Notes: generated by a model from the sequence alone, not told the origin. Positions 1 to 8,152 are shown, counted from the stretch's first letter. The stretch is DNA of 25,975 bases from Thermoplasmatales archaeon (GCA_023140035.1 JAGLML010000001.1:1-25975), one strand, 5' to 3'. A program made the numbers and translations.

Positions 1-144
1 TTAAACCTTTCTTGATGAGGTTATTTCCTTCCATGTTCCCCCTCTTCATATTAATAATGTAGAACTGATATATTTGTTTATCCCTGCCGTAGGTAGCATT
101 TATATACCCAATCATCTATAGATATAATTGGGAGGAACTATAAA

Positions 145-1758
145 GTGAAGCATATCATCCCGATACTGATAGTCCTGTTACTTCTTTCATCTGGGTTTGT
201 AGGTGTGTCAAATACCACAGAGGAGTTAACAGTTGATACTGAGCAGATGGAGCAGACAACAGCAACTTCTGCGGGTCCAATGAATTCTTCCTGGCCGATG
301 TTTGGTCATGATGTTCGTCATACTGGAAGGAGTCCTTATAGTACTGCTAACAATGAGTATATACTTAAATGGACATATTGGGTTGACTTTGGAATCGATT
401 CGTCTCCCGCCATTGATGAAAACAATATAATTTATGTGTCAAGTAAGGATAATTATTTGCATGCACTCTATCCAAATGGGACCGAGAAATGGCGGTTTGA
501 CTGTCATGATTGGGTAACTTCTTCTCCAGCAATCGATGAAGATGGAGTAGTTTATGTTGGCTCATGGGCCGACAGACTATTTGCAATCAATCCAAATGGA
601 TCACTTAAATGGCGTTTTGATACCCATGATACTATAACGTCTTCCCCTACAATTGCGAAAGACGGAACCATCTACTTTGGAGTGTTAGGAGCAGGGTCAA
701 ATAAGGGGTTGGTTTATGCCCTAAATCCAAATGGTACTGTTAAATGGCATTTTGACACAGGTGATAGGGTGTATTTTTCTCCAGCCATTGGTGATGATGG
801 GACTGTCTATGTAACTTCGAATTCTATGCTTCTTTATGCGTTATATCCCAATAATGGCACTATGAAATGGAGTCGGAGTATGGGCGCCTGGTGTGGAAGC
901 CCTACTATAGCTGATGATGGAACCATATATGTTGCTACAATGGCAGGTGATCTAAAAGCAATATATCCAAACAATGGGACAATTAAATGGACTAGCGGTA
1001 TTGACTGGGGAAGTGCAAATACCCCGTCCATTGCAGAGGATGGAACGATATACATAGGACAAAAATACTTCTATGCTATCAACCCTGATGGAACAAGAAA
1101 ATGGACTTTTGACCCTGAAGGAGATCTCCATGTTACAACATCTAGTGCAATTTCCGCTGATGGTACAATCTACTTTGGAGTAACAAGGGGCATCTACCGA
1201 GGGGATATTATCGCTCTTAATCCCGATGGAACCGAAAAATGGCAAAAGGTAATTGCTGATGATTGGGTGTATTCTTCGCCAGTAATTGACAGTGAGGGCA
1301 CAGTATATATTGGTTCACAATCAAGGGTAAGTGGAATATCATATGGCTATCTTTATGCGTTTGGCGAAGTAGATTCAAATGCACCTGATGCACCTGATAT
1401 TGATGGTCGAACCAATGGACGGGTCAGAAGGTCATATGATTACACGTTTATGTCTACAGACCCCAATGGCGATGATGTCTACTATTATATTGAATGGGGA
1501 GACGGTGCTGTAGAAGACTGGCTTGGTCCCTATAGTTCTGGTGAAGAAATAACACTAAGTCATACATGGAATGAGAAAGGAACGTATACAATTAGAGCCA
1601 GAGCTAAAGACACCTATAATTTGTGGGGCCCGTGGGGTGAACTTGAGGTCACTATGCCGATGAACCAACAATCACAGAACTGGTGGTTTTTACAGTTCTT
1701 ACAGAACCATCCACGGATGTTTCCGATACTAAGACAGCTACTAGGATTACATTATTGA
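145..1758 (+). CDS. Secreted PQQ-like (BamB-type) beta-propeller repeat protein with C-terminal PKD-like domain
   Basis: GTG start with GGAGGA RBS at 131-136; hydrophobic signal peptide; WPMFGHDVRHTG motif; about 7-8 repeats of SSPAIxxDGTIY..LYAxNPxGTxKW; PKD-like YYYIEWGDG...HTWNEKGTYTIRARAKD. Confidence 0.88.
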   Translation: MKHIIPILIVLLLLSSGFVGVSNTTEELTVDTEQMEQTTATSAGPMNSSWPMFGHDVRHTGRSPYSTANNEYILKWTYWVDFGIDSSPAIDENNIIYVSSKDNYLHALYPNGTEKWRFDCHDWVTSSPAIDEDGVVYVGSWADRLFAINPNGSLKWRFDTHDTITSSPTIAKDGTIYFGVLGAGSNKGLVYALNPNGTVKWHFDTGDRVYFSPAIGDDGTVYVTSNSMLLYALYPNNGTMKWSRSMGAWCGSPTIADDGTIYVATMAGDLKAIYPNNGTIKWTSGIDWGSANTPSIAEDGTIYIGQKYFYAINPDGTRKWTFDPEGDLHVTTSSAISADGTIYFGVTRGIYRGDIIALNPDGTEKWQKVIADDWVYSSPVIDSEGTVYIGSQSRVSGISYGYLYAFGEVDSNAPDAPDIDGRTNGRVRRSYDYTFMSTDPNGDDVYYYIEWGDGAVEDWLGPYSSGEEITLSHTWNEKGTYTIRARAKDTYNLWGPWGELEVTMPMNQQSQNWWFLQFLQNHPRMFPILRQLLGLHY

Positions 1759-1867
1759 TTTCTGCCAGAATTTGGTAAAGATTGTGAATATTGTAAATGG
1801 AGAGAAGAGACGCTAAAAATTAGATGATGCAGAAAGTAATATAAAACCATCTATTATTTTTCAAATC

Positions 1868-2458
1868 ATGACATCACCAAACGTTTTCATTATCGAATCT
1901 CTATTTTTTGATGACGAAGAAAATGATAGATACGAAGGAAAATTTTTATCTCATATATTAAACCTTGATCGAGAAAAAAAAGCTTCAATTTATTATTATA
2001 TCAGAACAAAAAAAGAACTAGAAAAGATATTAAATAAATTTGATTTGAGTAATTATCGATACCTCCATATTTCCTGTCATGGAAATGATAAAAATTTGTA
2101 TACGACGTTAGATAGAATTTCATATGAGGAATTTGGAAAAATTATCAAACCACATCTTAACAAAAGGCGTTTGTTTCTCTCTGCCTGTGAATCAGTTAAT
2201 ATTAGTATGGCAAAAGTAATTATTCCTGACACTGAGTGTTATTCGTTAATTGGTTTTGGGAAGGCTATAGAATTTGCGGATGCTGCGGTAATGTGGGCTT
2301 CTTTTTATCATCTAATGTTTAAAAAGGATTCTAAAGCAATGAAACGAGAATATATACTTCCTATTCTTAAAAAAATTAAAAAAACTTATGATATTTCCAT
2401 GAGATTTTTCTCAAAAACTCCTAGAATCAAGGAAGGTGTAAGAGAGTATCTTGTTTGA
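1868..2458 (+). CDS. Standalone caspase-fold (CHAT/HetF-like) putative cysteine protease
   Basis: 196 aa; YLHISCHG and RLFLSACE match the His-Gly and Ser-Ala-Cys catalytic-dyad motifs of CHAT/caspase-hemoglobinase proteins. Confidence 0.62.
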   Translation: MTSPNVFIIESLFFDDEENDRYEGKFLSHILNLDREKKASIYYYIRTKKELEKILNKFDLSNYRYLHISCHGNDKNLYTTLDRISYEEFGKIIKPHLNKRRLFLSACESVNISMAKVIIPDTECYSLIGFGKAIEFADAAVMWASFYHLMFKKDSKAMKREYILPILKKIKKTYDISMRFFSKTPRIKEGVREYLV

Positions 2459-2565
2459 TAATTATACTGCAGTATGAAAAATTTAATATAGTATAAATTA
2501 CATACATAAATATAGAATGGAGGAGAGGAGGAAGGAAAACAGACTGCAGTACAAAAAACGCAAAC

Positions 2566-2573
2566 TTTATAAA
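2566..2573 (+). promoter_or_regulatory. Putative TATA box (TTTATAAA) for the 2615 wHTH gene
   Basis: TTTATAAA preceded by an A-rich BRE-like stretch; GGAGTGA RBS at 2602-2608; ATG at 2615. Confidence 0.45.
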
Positions 2574-2614
2574 CACCAAAATTTTTCACTCTCCGAAATA
2601 AGGAGTGAAAATAG

Positions 2615-2908
2615 ATGACGAATTGGGAATTACTTTCACCAGAATTAAAAGCTTGTAGTGTCATCTATGAATTTACACAAATCAAAAAAGAGAAGATATG
2701 GTTTAATAAAATAGTCAAGATTCTGGAAAAAGATGTTTCTAGATCTACTATATCAAAGAGCTTGGACAAACTATTCGACTTGGGCGTAATAGATGGTAAT
2801 TGGAAAAAGGCAGAAGGGAAATGGACTAGAGTTTTTAATATCTCTGGAGAGGCAAAAGATTTTGTCAAGAGTATTTATAATAATACTAGGCGCCTTTCTA
2901 AATCCTAG
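2615..2908 (+). CDS. Small winged-helix DNA-binding protein
   Basis: 97 aa; helix-turn-helix (FNKIVKIL..VSRSTISKSLDKLFDLGVI) plus beta-wing (WKKAEGKWTRVFNIS); good RBS. Confidence 0.7.
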   Translation: MTNWELLSPELKACSVIYEFTQIKKEKIWFNKIVKILEKDVSRSTISKSLDKLFDLGVIDGNWKKAEGKWTRVFNISGEAKDFVKSIYNNTRRLSKS

Positions 2909-3932
2909 AGAAACGTCGAAATTCAGGGGATCTAAGTTCTACATTGTCAATTAATATTCCTTTTTTTCTTATTTCTGGTAATACTTTAGTCTGAATACTT
3001 TCTAAAAATTTTTGGTTTAAAAGAAATGGTACACATATCTTACAAATAATTTCTGATTTTTTGGTATTTGCTAGCTTGTAAAGACAAAAATCAGGGGAAT
3101 TTTTCCAAATTTGGCATTTACTGGGATCGTATCGTGGATTTAACAATGGCACCATTTTAATTTCTGTATTTCCATCATAACATGCCATAAAACATCTTAT
3201 TTTGTATCCATCTATCTCTGTAATTATTGAATCATAAGGAACGAGAATGGATTTATCATTTGAATTTATCTCAATTGATATATCGAGTGAATGTCTAGTA
3301 TCAGCAATTGAGTCAACAATAAAATCATCATATATATTCACAATTTTTCTACTAAATGATTCAACCAAATACTCGTATATTTTATCTAGGTTGGTATAGG
3401 ATGTTGTAAGCTTTAATATTGGATAATCTGGATTGTCTTTTACTCTAAGTCCTGAGAGATAAATAATCTCCCAATCCATATATTTCTTTGCTTGCGCTTC
3501 ATATGTAGAGAATTTTTTGCATGCCTCAATTTCAATCTGATGTTTTATATTAATATTATCAAAAGCTTTGTCATTTATTAACAGACAAGCAACTTTTATG
3601 CTCTGAGGTTTATGATTTTTGAGATCTCTAACTGTCCTAAGTATAGTTGCTCCAGAGCGAACTGAATTATCGAAAAGCAAAATTCTTAATCCTTTTATTA
3701 AAGGTGGTAAAATTTGGTTGTCTGAAATAATATTGAATTTTGCTAAGTCAGGATTATCATGAAAAAAATCATGTAATATCCACGTACCTTTTCTATCAAC
3801 GCCTACAATTGTATCAATTTTACCAATACATTTTTCCATTACTTTCCTTAAAAAATCATCTATTTCTTGTTTTATCTTGGGATATTTCTCGGGTTTTATT
3901 ATATCGTCCAGAGAAGTGACGTTTTCATACAT
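2898..3932 (-). CDS. Type I phosphoribosyltransferase-domain protein with unknown C-terminal domain
   Basis: IVGVDRKG and ILLFDNSVRSGAT (PRPP-binding-loop-like), followed by IKVACLL; about 190 C-terminal residues not recognised; TATA-like TTATATA at 3955-3961 on the minus strand, about 23 nt upstream of the ATG. Confidence 0.65.
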   Translation of the reverse strand: MYENVTSLDDIIKPEKYPKIKQEIDDFLRKVMEKCIGKIDTIVGVDRKGTWILHDFFHDNPDLAKFNIISDNQILPPLIKGLRILLFDNSVRSGATILRTVRDLKNHKPQSIKVACLLINDKAFDNINIKHQIEIEACKKFSTYEAQAKKYMDWEIIYLSGLRVKDNPDYPILKLTTSYTNLDKIYEYLVESFSRKIVNIYDDFIVDSIADTRHSLDISIEINSNDKSILVPYDSIITEIDGYKIRCFMACYDGNTEIKMVPLLNPRYDPSKCQIWKNSPDFCLYKLANTKKSEIICKICVPFLLNQKFLESIQTKVLPEIRKKGILIDNVELRSPEFRRFSRI

Positions 3933-3985
3933 TGGTTTTGGATAATTATCAGAGTATATAATGTTATGGAGGGGATTAGATGAGT

Positions 3986-4360
3986 CTATTTCTTGTTTTC
4001 AATTTCAACAATTTTTTGTTGCTCTGATGGTAATTTGATTTCTTTCTCATAGTCTTTTAAGAAAGTCATAAGACGCTCACCACGTAGTGTAAAATCATAA
4101 ACATGTGTTTCACGTCGTTCTGATCTTTTTGGATGTTGTTTGATTATGTTAAGATTCTGAAGGATTTTTAATCGGCGGGATAATGATGATTGTGATAGCT
4201 GTTTTTCTAGGGTTTTATCAAGATCCTTATAGCGTCGAGGTTCTTCTTCTAAAAGATACAATAGTTCTAGAGTGCCATCTTTCCCCAGTGTTCTACCGAG
4301 TTCCTTGCACTTTCCATAAGGACAGATTTTAATAACCTTGGAGTTTTTATTGTTATACAT
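3986..4360 (-). CDS. HxlR/ArsR-like winged-helix transcriptional regulator
   Basis: LELLYLLEEEPRRYKDL...SQSSLSRRLKILQNLNII...VYDFTLRG is a typical HxlR-type wHTH pattern. Confidence 0.78.
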   Translation of the reverse strand: MYNNKNSKVIKICPYGKCKELGRTLGKDGTLELLYLLEEEPRRYKDLDKTLEKQLSQSSLSRRLKILQNLNIIKQHPKRSERRETHVYDFTLRGERLMTFLKDYEKEIKLPSEQQKIVEIENKK

Positions 4361-4384
4361 TTAAAATTCTAAATAGATTTATTA

Positions 4385-4392
4385 TTAATAAA
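4385..4392 (-). promoter_or_regulatory. Putative TATA box (TTTATTAA) for a leaderless wHTH transcript
   Basis: 25 nt upstream of the ATG at 4360; no RBS visible. Confidence 0.45.
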
Positions 4393-4398
4393 CGTTCA

Positions 4399-4478
4399 GT
4401 TTTTGACTGTGTCAGAATTTGATTGTGTCAAATTTTGAATGTATCAGTTTTTGACACGGTCATTTTTTGATACAATCA
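4399..4478. repeat. Five tandem imperfect 16-bp repeats, each with a palindromic TGA-N5-TCA core (operator/iteron-like)
   Basis: gtttttgactgtgtca / gaatttgattgtgtca / aattttgaatgtatca / gtttttgacacggtca / ttttttgatacaatca, in exact 16-bp register. Confidence 0.85.
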
Positions 4479-4542
4479 AGTTTTGTTCGAAAAATCATAT
4501 ATAAAATTGAAATTATGTCATATTCCCGTGAGTAGATTGTGA

Positions 4543-4698
4543 TTATTTACTATTTACGGGGGTTTTCCTAGGTTTATCCCAGTACGGGCTTTTGCATTTC
4601 GGGCATACTCTCGGTTTTTCCTCCCAGTTTCTTGGTATCCATTCGTGTTCGCATCGTTCGCATTTGTATCCATCAACGGTGATTTTGACTTTTCCCAT
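4543..4698 (-). CDS. Small zinc-ribbon protein (51 aa), absent from the ORF track
   Basis: Manual translation MGKVKITVDGYKCERCEHEWIPRNWEEKPRVCPKCKSPYWDKPRKTPVNSK*; two CxxC pairs; TTTATATA box at 4724-4731 (minus strand) 26 nt upstream. Confidence 0.8.
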   Translation of the reverse strand: MGKVKITVDGYKCERCEHEWIPRNWEEKPRVCPKCKSPYWDKPRKTPVNSK

Positions 4699-4720
4699 AC
4701 GTATAGAGTATACTATTTAC

Positions 4721-4770
4721 GGGTATATAAATTTTAGGTATATTATTTCAAAGGTAAAGTTTATATACCC
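4721..4770. promoter_or_regulatory. Divergent TATA boxes forming an 11-bp inverted repeat
   Basis: GGGTATATAAA (4721-4731) and TTTATATACCC (4760-4770) are exact reverse complements; they point toward the zinc-ribbon gene and the transposase respectively. Confidence 0.6.
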
Positions 4771-4811
4771 CTGAAGTATATACTTTAATAGTAATATACT
4801 TTAAAAGTAAG

Positions 4812-4841
4812 TGCCAAGGGTTGTTGGTCCTCCCCTTGGCA
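4812..4841 (+). promoter_or_regulatory. GC-rich 9-bp stem-loop abutting the transposase RBS
   Basis: TGCCAAGGG (4812-4820) / CCCTTGGCA (4833-4841), 12-nt loop; AGGAGA starts at 4841; ATG at 4855. Confidence 0.5.
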
Positions 4842-4854
4842 GGAGATATAACGA

Positions 4855-6405
4855 ATGCGGTCTAGCAAACAAAACATCTCCAAATCGTACATAGAAAAGG
4901 AGATATATAACACATTTGAAATAATCGAAAATAAAAAGAAAATTTGCATAGCTGATTTTCTAAATAAATTAGAAATTAACTCATTAGTTCCCATCAATTA
5001 TAGATCAATTAAATTCTCTTGTGAATCCCTTATTAAGCTTATTATATTTCAGAAGCTTAAAGGAATGAAATTCCAAACACAACTAATAAGATACCTAAAA
5101 AGACATAGAAACGAACTGAAACTCCTCGGACTTGATGAAATACCTGATCAGACAACAATCAGCTACTTCATCAACCACATTCTCGATAACGAAACAAAAG
5201 AACTATTGAACTATACTACGAAAAAGATTGAAGAAATATCAGAAAAATTCGACATTATTCTAGATATACAAATACCACAATCAGAAAAACCAAAAACACA
5301 AGATAGAAACAGAAACTTCTATTACAAGAAAAACCAAAAAACAACAGAAGTTAGCAGGATGTTCAAAAAACGATTTTCATCTGTAATAGACCTGAACATC
5401 CACCACAACGCAATTTACACTAAAAAGGATTTTATAGACTTAATCCTGCATATGATATGGACAGGAGACTATGCAGAGAGCGGATCAGAAACATTAAAAC
5501 AAAAAAGAAACAAAACACCTGATGCTGACACATTCCTATATCATCTGAAAAACTACCAAAACATAGGACAGATTCAACGGATGTATCAGACATACTTTGA
5601 GATGATATGGGAATCAGCAAGGAAAGCAAACATGTTCCGCAAGCCAGTGGATGTGGCAATAGATTTCACCGACTGGTTCTTCTATGGAGATAAGAATGCA
5701 CCGATGGTCGTAGAAAAGAAACCAGAACGGGGAACTACACACTGCTATCGATTCGCCACCATCTCAATAGTAGAGCCAAAACAGAGATTTACATTACTTG
5801 CAATACCAGTTGGACCATTTGACAGAAAAGAGACAATCATCAGAACACTCCTTAACTATGCATCAAAGCGAGTTAAGATAAAACGATTGTATGCTGACAG
5901 GGGATTCTTCGATTCAAACTCCATTGAGATATTCAAAAGATTCAATATCAAATTCATTATGCCCTGCTCAGCTAACTCAAGAATAAAAAGAGTTCTTGAG
6001 GTTATGCCCGCTCCAAAAGTTATTACTAATTACGTGATGAAAAACAGCAGGTTCAATGTTGTATTGGTTGAAGATGAATACGGGATTAAAAGAGCATTTG
6101 CTACAAACATCGACTTTGATGAGAACGATGTAGGATTATCAAAAAGACTGTTCTACCTTTACAGTAAAAGGTGGGGGATTGAAACAGGTTATAGGGTGAA
6201 GAAGCATTCTTTCAGAGCGAAAACAACATCAAAGAATTATTTCATTCGGCTCTTCTACTTCTTGTTTTCTGCTTTGTTGTATAACCTGTGGATACTTGCT
6301 AGTATCATCATTAGCCTGGCTTTGTTTGGGTTTGTAAAGGATGTCCGTATTGTTAAATCGAAGTTTTTTGTTTCTGTTCTTCTCACGATTGACCCAGGGG
6401 GTTGA
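4855..6405 (+). mobile_element. IS4-superfamily (ISH3-like) DDE transposase, apparently intact, 516 aa; element ends not resolved
   Basis: VAIDFTD (D1), YADRGFF (D2) and YSKRWGIETGYR (E, YREK-like); C-terminal FYFLFSALLYNLW. Confidence 0.88.
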
Positions 6406-6680
6406 CATTATGATATTGGGAAGCCAAACCAATAACCTTTTTTCCTATTGTTAATCAGAGTTTATTAGAACAAAATCTCTTTATTTTCTGATTTTGATTT
6501 GTTTTCTTACTAATTTTCGATATTTTTGTCTCAAATTTCTATGATGGATATGTCTTGAAAAATGAATTTTAGACCGATTTTGTGATTTCCCAGGTTACTT
6601 TCGGAACTACTGCTTTCTTAGCAAAAATTATATATGATTAATGCATTACATATGTTAACAATTAACCAGGAGGTATTTAT

Positions 6681-7001
6681 TTGGAAGAGAAAATCAAGAG
6701 TCAAATCCATATCACTAATGTTGCAGAGAAAGAATTAGACCTGCTTTCTAGACATATCGACGTTCTAAACACGGTTAAAGAGCATGGGCCCATAGGGATT
6801 ATACGACTATCACAAATAACCGGTCAGCCACAACATATGATTAGATACTCATTAAGAACTTTAGAAAAAGGTGGAATAATCAAACCTTCATCCCAAGGGG
6901 CCGTAGTCACAGGGAATATACATGAAACATTAGGTACATTGGAATCTACATTGGATGAAATAATCACAACTATGGGTGAACTAAAAAAGAAACTAAAATA
7001 G
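6681..7001 (+). CDS. Conserved archaeal winged-helix protein (predicted transcriptional regulator)
   Basis: TTG start with strong AGGAGGT RBS at about 6668-6674; RHIDVLNTVKEHGPIGIIRLSQ..GQPQHMIRYSLRTLEK wHTH. Confidence 0.72.
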   Translation: MEEKIKSQIHITNVAEKELDLLSRHIDVLNTVKEHGPIGIIRLSQITGQPQHMIRYSLRTLEKGGIIKPSSQGAVVTGNIHETLGTLESTLDEIITTMGELKKKLK

Positions 7002-7111
7002 AAAATAAAAGTAACTTTTAGTAAAGATACATAGGTAATCGTTGAAAATTTGGCAATATTCTTAAATAGTATTATTAAATTGCCCTACTGAACTATAAAG
7101 GGGTAATAGCC

Positions 7112-8098
7112 ATGAAAATAGGGAAAATATTGATACTTGTGATGATAGTGGGTAGCCTTCTCGGTGTTTCAATCTATTCTGTTGGAGCTGTTGAGGAAAA
7201 TGAAACTATAACAGATGGAGTGGGAGATGTTATTGACTTTCTAACCCAAGAAGTTGTAGAAGAACATCCGGAAATTGATGAGAAAAATATCGATATAACC
7301 ATGTTAGAATATAAGAGAGAGGGCAAAAGGGCAACGTTAACGTTAACAGTAGATGGAATTATCGAAGATAGAGGAAATATAAGCGATGTAAGCGACTTTG
7401 GATTTGTGGAACCCTCATTTGATGATGTAAATACAGTAGCATATACTTTTACATTAATAACATCGGTTGAATCTTACCAAATAACATATGCAAATACTAC
7501 TTGCCAACTTATTTATTTTACAGATTTTGAGATTATAAATCTTACGGAAGATGATTTTTCTGTATTGTATGATACTCTTACGATTTCATTTGATTTGAAA
7601 ACTGACAATGAAACCTATGAAGAAGTTTCTGTCCGGACAATTTATCAAAAATTTTCTTTTTCTGATTGGGAAGAGTGGGATGAAGAGGATTTAGAAGGAC
7701 TTGAAGATTTAATAATCTTTTTGACTGATGAAGCTCCAAATTCACCCATACAAGCTGATGCATTTGCACCAAATTTAGGCGAGGTGGGCAAATCTGTTGA
7801 GTTCGAAGGATTTCCTTCTTTCGGTCAACCTCCCTATACATACCAGTGGGAATTCGACGATGGTTCTGCACCATCATCAGAAAAAAGCCCAACTCACATT
7901 TATGATGAACCTGGAGAATATGAGTACACATTCACGGTAACAGATAATTCAGGTGCGTCAGCGAGTTATTCAGATACTATCGAAATTAGTGGGGATGCCG
8001 GAGATGATGAGGGTATTCCCATCATCATGTTCGTTGTAGTAATAGTAATAATAGCATCAATTGGCATTATTGCATTGGTTTATATAATAAGACGATAA
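7112..8098 (+). CDS. Acidic membrane-anchored surface protein with PKD domain
   Basis: Signal peptide; PKD motif YQWEFDDG...PTHIYDEPGEYEYTFTVTD; C-terminal transmembrane helix ending in RR. Confidence 0.82.
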   Translation: MKIGKILILVMIVGSLLGVSIYSVGAVEENETITDGVGDVIDFLTQEVVEEHPEIDEKNIDITMLEYKREGKRATLTLTVDGIIEDRGNISDVSDFGFVEPSFDDVNTVAYTFTLITSVESYQITYANTTCQLIYFTDFEIINLTEDDFSVLYDTLTISFDLKTDNETYEEVSVRTIYQKFSFSDWEEWDEEDLEGLEDLIIFLTDEAPNSPIQADAFAPNLGEVGKSVEFEGFPSFGQPPYTYQWEFDDGSAPSSEKSPTHIYDEPGEYEYTFTVTDNSGASASYSDTIEISGDAGDDEGIPIIMFVVVIVIIASIGIIALVYIIRR

Positions 8099-8099
8099 A

Positions 8100-8152
8100 G
8101 TAACATCTTTATCTTTCTTCTTTATTGCCTGTTTTTAGTTATCTTTTTATTT
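8100..8152 (+). terminator. T-rich archaeal terminator-like tract
   Basis: Several oligo-T runs immediately after the 8098 stop. Confidence 0.3.

Noticed and set aside
365-1245. Short ORFs 365-586, 834-1055 and 952-1245 inside the PQQ gene
   Set aside because: Antisense shadows of a strong repeat-protein gene; no motifs.
360-1370. Recurring DNA similarity (aatccNaatgg, aaatgg) as a possible CRISPR or tandem array
   Set aside because: Explained by beta-propeller protein repeats; the units are degenerate at synonymous positions and have no repeat-spacer structure.
2517-2618. 33-aa ORF MEERRKENRLQYKK... ending in an ATGA overlap with the wHTH gene
   Set aside because: It runs through the probable TATA box of the wHTH gene and has no RBS or motif; more likely chance than a leader peptide.
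4399-4478. 16-bp array as a mini-CRISPR
   Set aside because: Units are contiguous with no spacers and too short; no cas genes in the window.
4580-4602. CAGTA at 4580 as the left IS end matching 6603-6612
   Set aside because: Only 5 bp match, and it lies inside the zinc-ribbon ORF; no target-site duplication found.
4592-4997. Track ORFs 4592-4774 (+) and 4785-4997 (-)
   Set aside because: They overlap better-supported genes on the opposite strand (zinc ribbon, transposase).
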